Shown here piece after piece: positions 61,701 through 64,000 of a stretch of 64,000 bases of DNA. The DNA is from Phoronis australis (Eukaryota > Animalia > Phoronida): positions 1-64,000 of the forward strand of contig NMRA01000333.1 in NCBI GenBank assembly GCA_002633005.1, given 5' to 3'. Every line of letters begins with the position of its first letter. Positions within the stretch are counted from its first letter, which is position 1. The position numbers and the translations under genes are program-made. The notes beneath the pieces were generated by a model. The model saw nothing but the letters and a program-made list of their open reading frames with translations, searched no databases and was not told the DNA's origin.

Positions 61701-64000
61701 CCTTTATGTTGATTTCTTTTCTGTCACATCAACATTTCCCCTTCAAATTTCCAATGTAAAATTGTTAGGTCACTAGTGTGGGTGTCCTTCAGCCTAGTGT
61801 AAAGCAGTAGTGGTGACCTACTTAGCTCAGCACACAGGGAAAGTAGTCTGAACAGAGGCTCAGCAGGATAGGGGTTAACCCATGCCATGTGTTGGTCTCG
61901 TGACCTGAGTTAAAGTTTAAGTCCCCTGGGGGTAGAGTAGTTGCAGGTGCTTTAGTTTACAGAGCTATCAGGACCTCCAGTCGGTTACATAAATCTAAGC
62001 AGACTTTATATAAAGTATGTTTCCCAAACTTAGGAGTGCATAATACATGTTCATAATTGTGTTGCATGGTTAGGAGAAAGTTCCGGGTTCGATCCCCAGT
62101 TGGGACACAAGTCTTGTCAAGCTATTGGTCACATCACGTCTGCTATATATATTGCATGTTTGAAGACTAATAATTCTTACTGAACTATTGCCTGTGTTTC
62201 ACCTGGATCTGAGTGGCCATTCACAGGCAGAGGTAATGAACCACTTGTGGGTTTCCCAACTGGGCAGGAGAAGTGAGAAAAAATGGACATCGTGTTGCAA
62301 AACCTTCCACTAGATCTGTTACACTGATCACCTGAACTTGGGAACAGCAATAAATTGCCATTAGGGGGAATGGTTGTCATAGTTACTGTGATTCAATTTT
62401 TGTTAACCTTGCAGAGCTGCTGCACAAAGGTGTCGAGACAAGAGGAAAAACTGGATCTCCAGTTTAGAGGGCAAGGCTGAAGAGTTGACTAATCAAAATA
62501 CAAGTTTACAAGTAAGGTCATTTGTTTAGCCAATCAAAATGCAAGTTTACAAGTAAGGTCATTTGTTTAGCCAATCAAAATGCAAGTTAGTTATAAGGTC
62601 ATTCATTTGTTCAATCAAAATGAAAGTGTGCAACAAAATAGTCTTGTTCTTCTGAATTTCATCAAGTTGAAGACATTGGTGGATATCACCCCGGAGACAA
62701 AGTTGTTATTTAGGATTTAAAATTAAACAGTGTATTTAGTACAAGAAAACGTGCATAGCGCAGGTTAAAAACATTTAGTACCCTGAATTAATATCAGAAT
62801 GATCTGAGATGGTTATCTTGCTGTGGAAAGCAGCAACAGAGGGAGCCGTTACAGTGTCTTGGCTCAGATTATTCCACAATCTAATGGTAGATGGGAAAAA
62901 GTTGTGTATGCAAACATTATGCCTACCATGTCAAGCTGCTTTAAGTGCGCCACTTCCATTTGATTTTGGAGAATAAACGCGAAAATGACAACAGTCAAAA
63001 TGATTGATTGTTTATTGCTGTTTCTTTATTTAGAATGAGGTAAAATCTCTACGGGAAGAAGTTGCGGAATTGAAGATGATACTTCTTGAGCATAAGGACT
63101 GTCCAATCACGTTGGAGCAGCAAGCACGCGGTGTGCTACCAGGTACTCTGTCGACCTATCAGCAGCAGGAGTCGGTTACTGTTAAGAACATTCATTTGAA
63201 ACTATCAGCAACTAGGGAAAAGGCTTCAGAGTTTTTGGGATTGGCCAACCTTAAAATTGCTAATTCGAAAATGACGCATGTACACAATGCCCGTGTCTCG
63301 ACTTGCAAGTTCATTTAACAGTTAAAGATTGTATGAGTGTGGTAATAAATCCCAAAGTGCTTTGCTTGAGAATTCATCATTGACAGCTAAGTACCAGCAA
63401 ACTGGCCTTTGATTGGTTGATGTCATTATACTGAAGATTTGTTGTTCAACTATTGACACTTTTGAACGAGTGAACCTGTGGTCAAGTTTTTGCAAAGCAA
63501 ATAGTTTTCTCCGTAGTAGCTGTTACATCCAGTTGTGCTTTTGGTTTCTTTGTTAAAAGTATCCTTTCGTGGGACCGATTTTATCCAAGGTTGTAAGTCT
63601 AATCGTAGCTGAGACAGTCCATCTTCATGTTTCGTTGTTAAACAATTCATGAACCTGTCATTGAGTATGATCTGCTGCGGTCATACTAATGTTTTATTCT
63701 GTTTTAAAATGCAGCTTTGCCTTCATTATAATGTGTCTGTGCCCGGACTGTAAACCTTCAATGAATGAGTGCCTGGTGTTATATTGAAAATTTAACAGCT
63801 TGGCTCTTCATTTGCGGGTTCGAGCCACAAAACATCCACTTGACAGTTGTCCAGGTGTTGGTATCTTTTCACTTGACCTCTGTTATTATCTCTGCAGGCA
63901 ATCTAGTGTTCAACTCTCCCCTCAGTCCCACCGGGGATATGGTTGTCATAGATGGCTCTAGCAGCACAGTGCCACAACTGGGCAGGCTGAGAGGTGCTAC
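52761..64000 (+). CDS. ATF2: ATF2/ATF7/CREB5-family bZIP transcription factor (multi-exon, 3' end beyond window)
   Basis: Phase-consistent GT-AG exons: 52761-52814 (MMSDVDKPFACSQPGCGM), 55229-55337 (KFTNEDHLDVHKQKH, C2H2 finger), 56669-56793 (DQTPTPTKFLKNCDDIGLFQEL..PFEESFKKA, MAPK TPTP site), 57254-57419, 58287-58512, 59311-59566 (VLLTLPGG), 60021-60160 (KLKAAL), 61125-61211 (DPDLKRLRFLARNR), 62415-62511 (AAAQRCRDKRKNWISSLE), 63034-63142 (LKMILLEHKDCP), 63898 onward. Confidence 0.95.
55750..55980. repeat. Intronic minisatellite (~20-bp GCTTGGTCAATATTATTCAA unit with higher-order structure)
   Basis: About 10 diverged copies of the unit. Confidence 0.85.
61292..61874. mobile_element. piggyBac-type MITE in an ATF2 intron
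   Basis: TTAA (61288-61291) CCCTTATCCTGC ... GCAGGATAGGGG TTAA (61875-61878): TTAA TSD and a 12-bp TIR with 1 mismatch. Confidence 0.8.
62491..62625 (+). repeat. ~41-bp tandem repeat spanning an ATF2 exon end and splice donor
   Basis: AATCAAAAT[A/G]CAAGTTTACAAGTAAGGTCATTTGTTTAGCC x2, followed by a degenerate third and partial fourth copy. Confidence 0.9.

Overview
AT-rich metazoan genomic DNA, probably a marine invertebrate (GT-AG introns, transposon-rich, several assembly Ns). Host genes: an intronless 901-aa LRR-LRRCT-Ig surface protein (24076-26781, -); a head-to-head pair of intronless class A GPCR paralogues, one intact (36291-37316, -) and one pseudogenised (42161-43290, +); and a multi-exon ATF2/ATF7/CREB5-family bZIP gene (52761 to beyond the window end, +). 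The most striking object is an ~11.1-kb P-superfamily DNA transposon (3681-14783) flanked by a 7-bp target-site duplication. It carries two convergent, intron-containing, now-decayed genes. One is a THAP-DDE transposase that stops shortly after the catalytic Glu. The other, on the opposite strand, ends in a domain resembling the C-terminal domain that P/THAP9 transposases normally carry in cis, suggesting a split two-component transposase. Other mobile DNA: a Kolobok-like THAP element built from two inverted 5' ends, an Academ-like deletion derivative, a Helitron2/Helentron-type non-autonomous element, CR1/L2 LINE 3' fragments, a piggyBac-type MITE and several other MITEs and tandem repeats. 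All family calls come from motif recognition by eye, not database searches.
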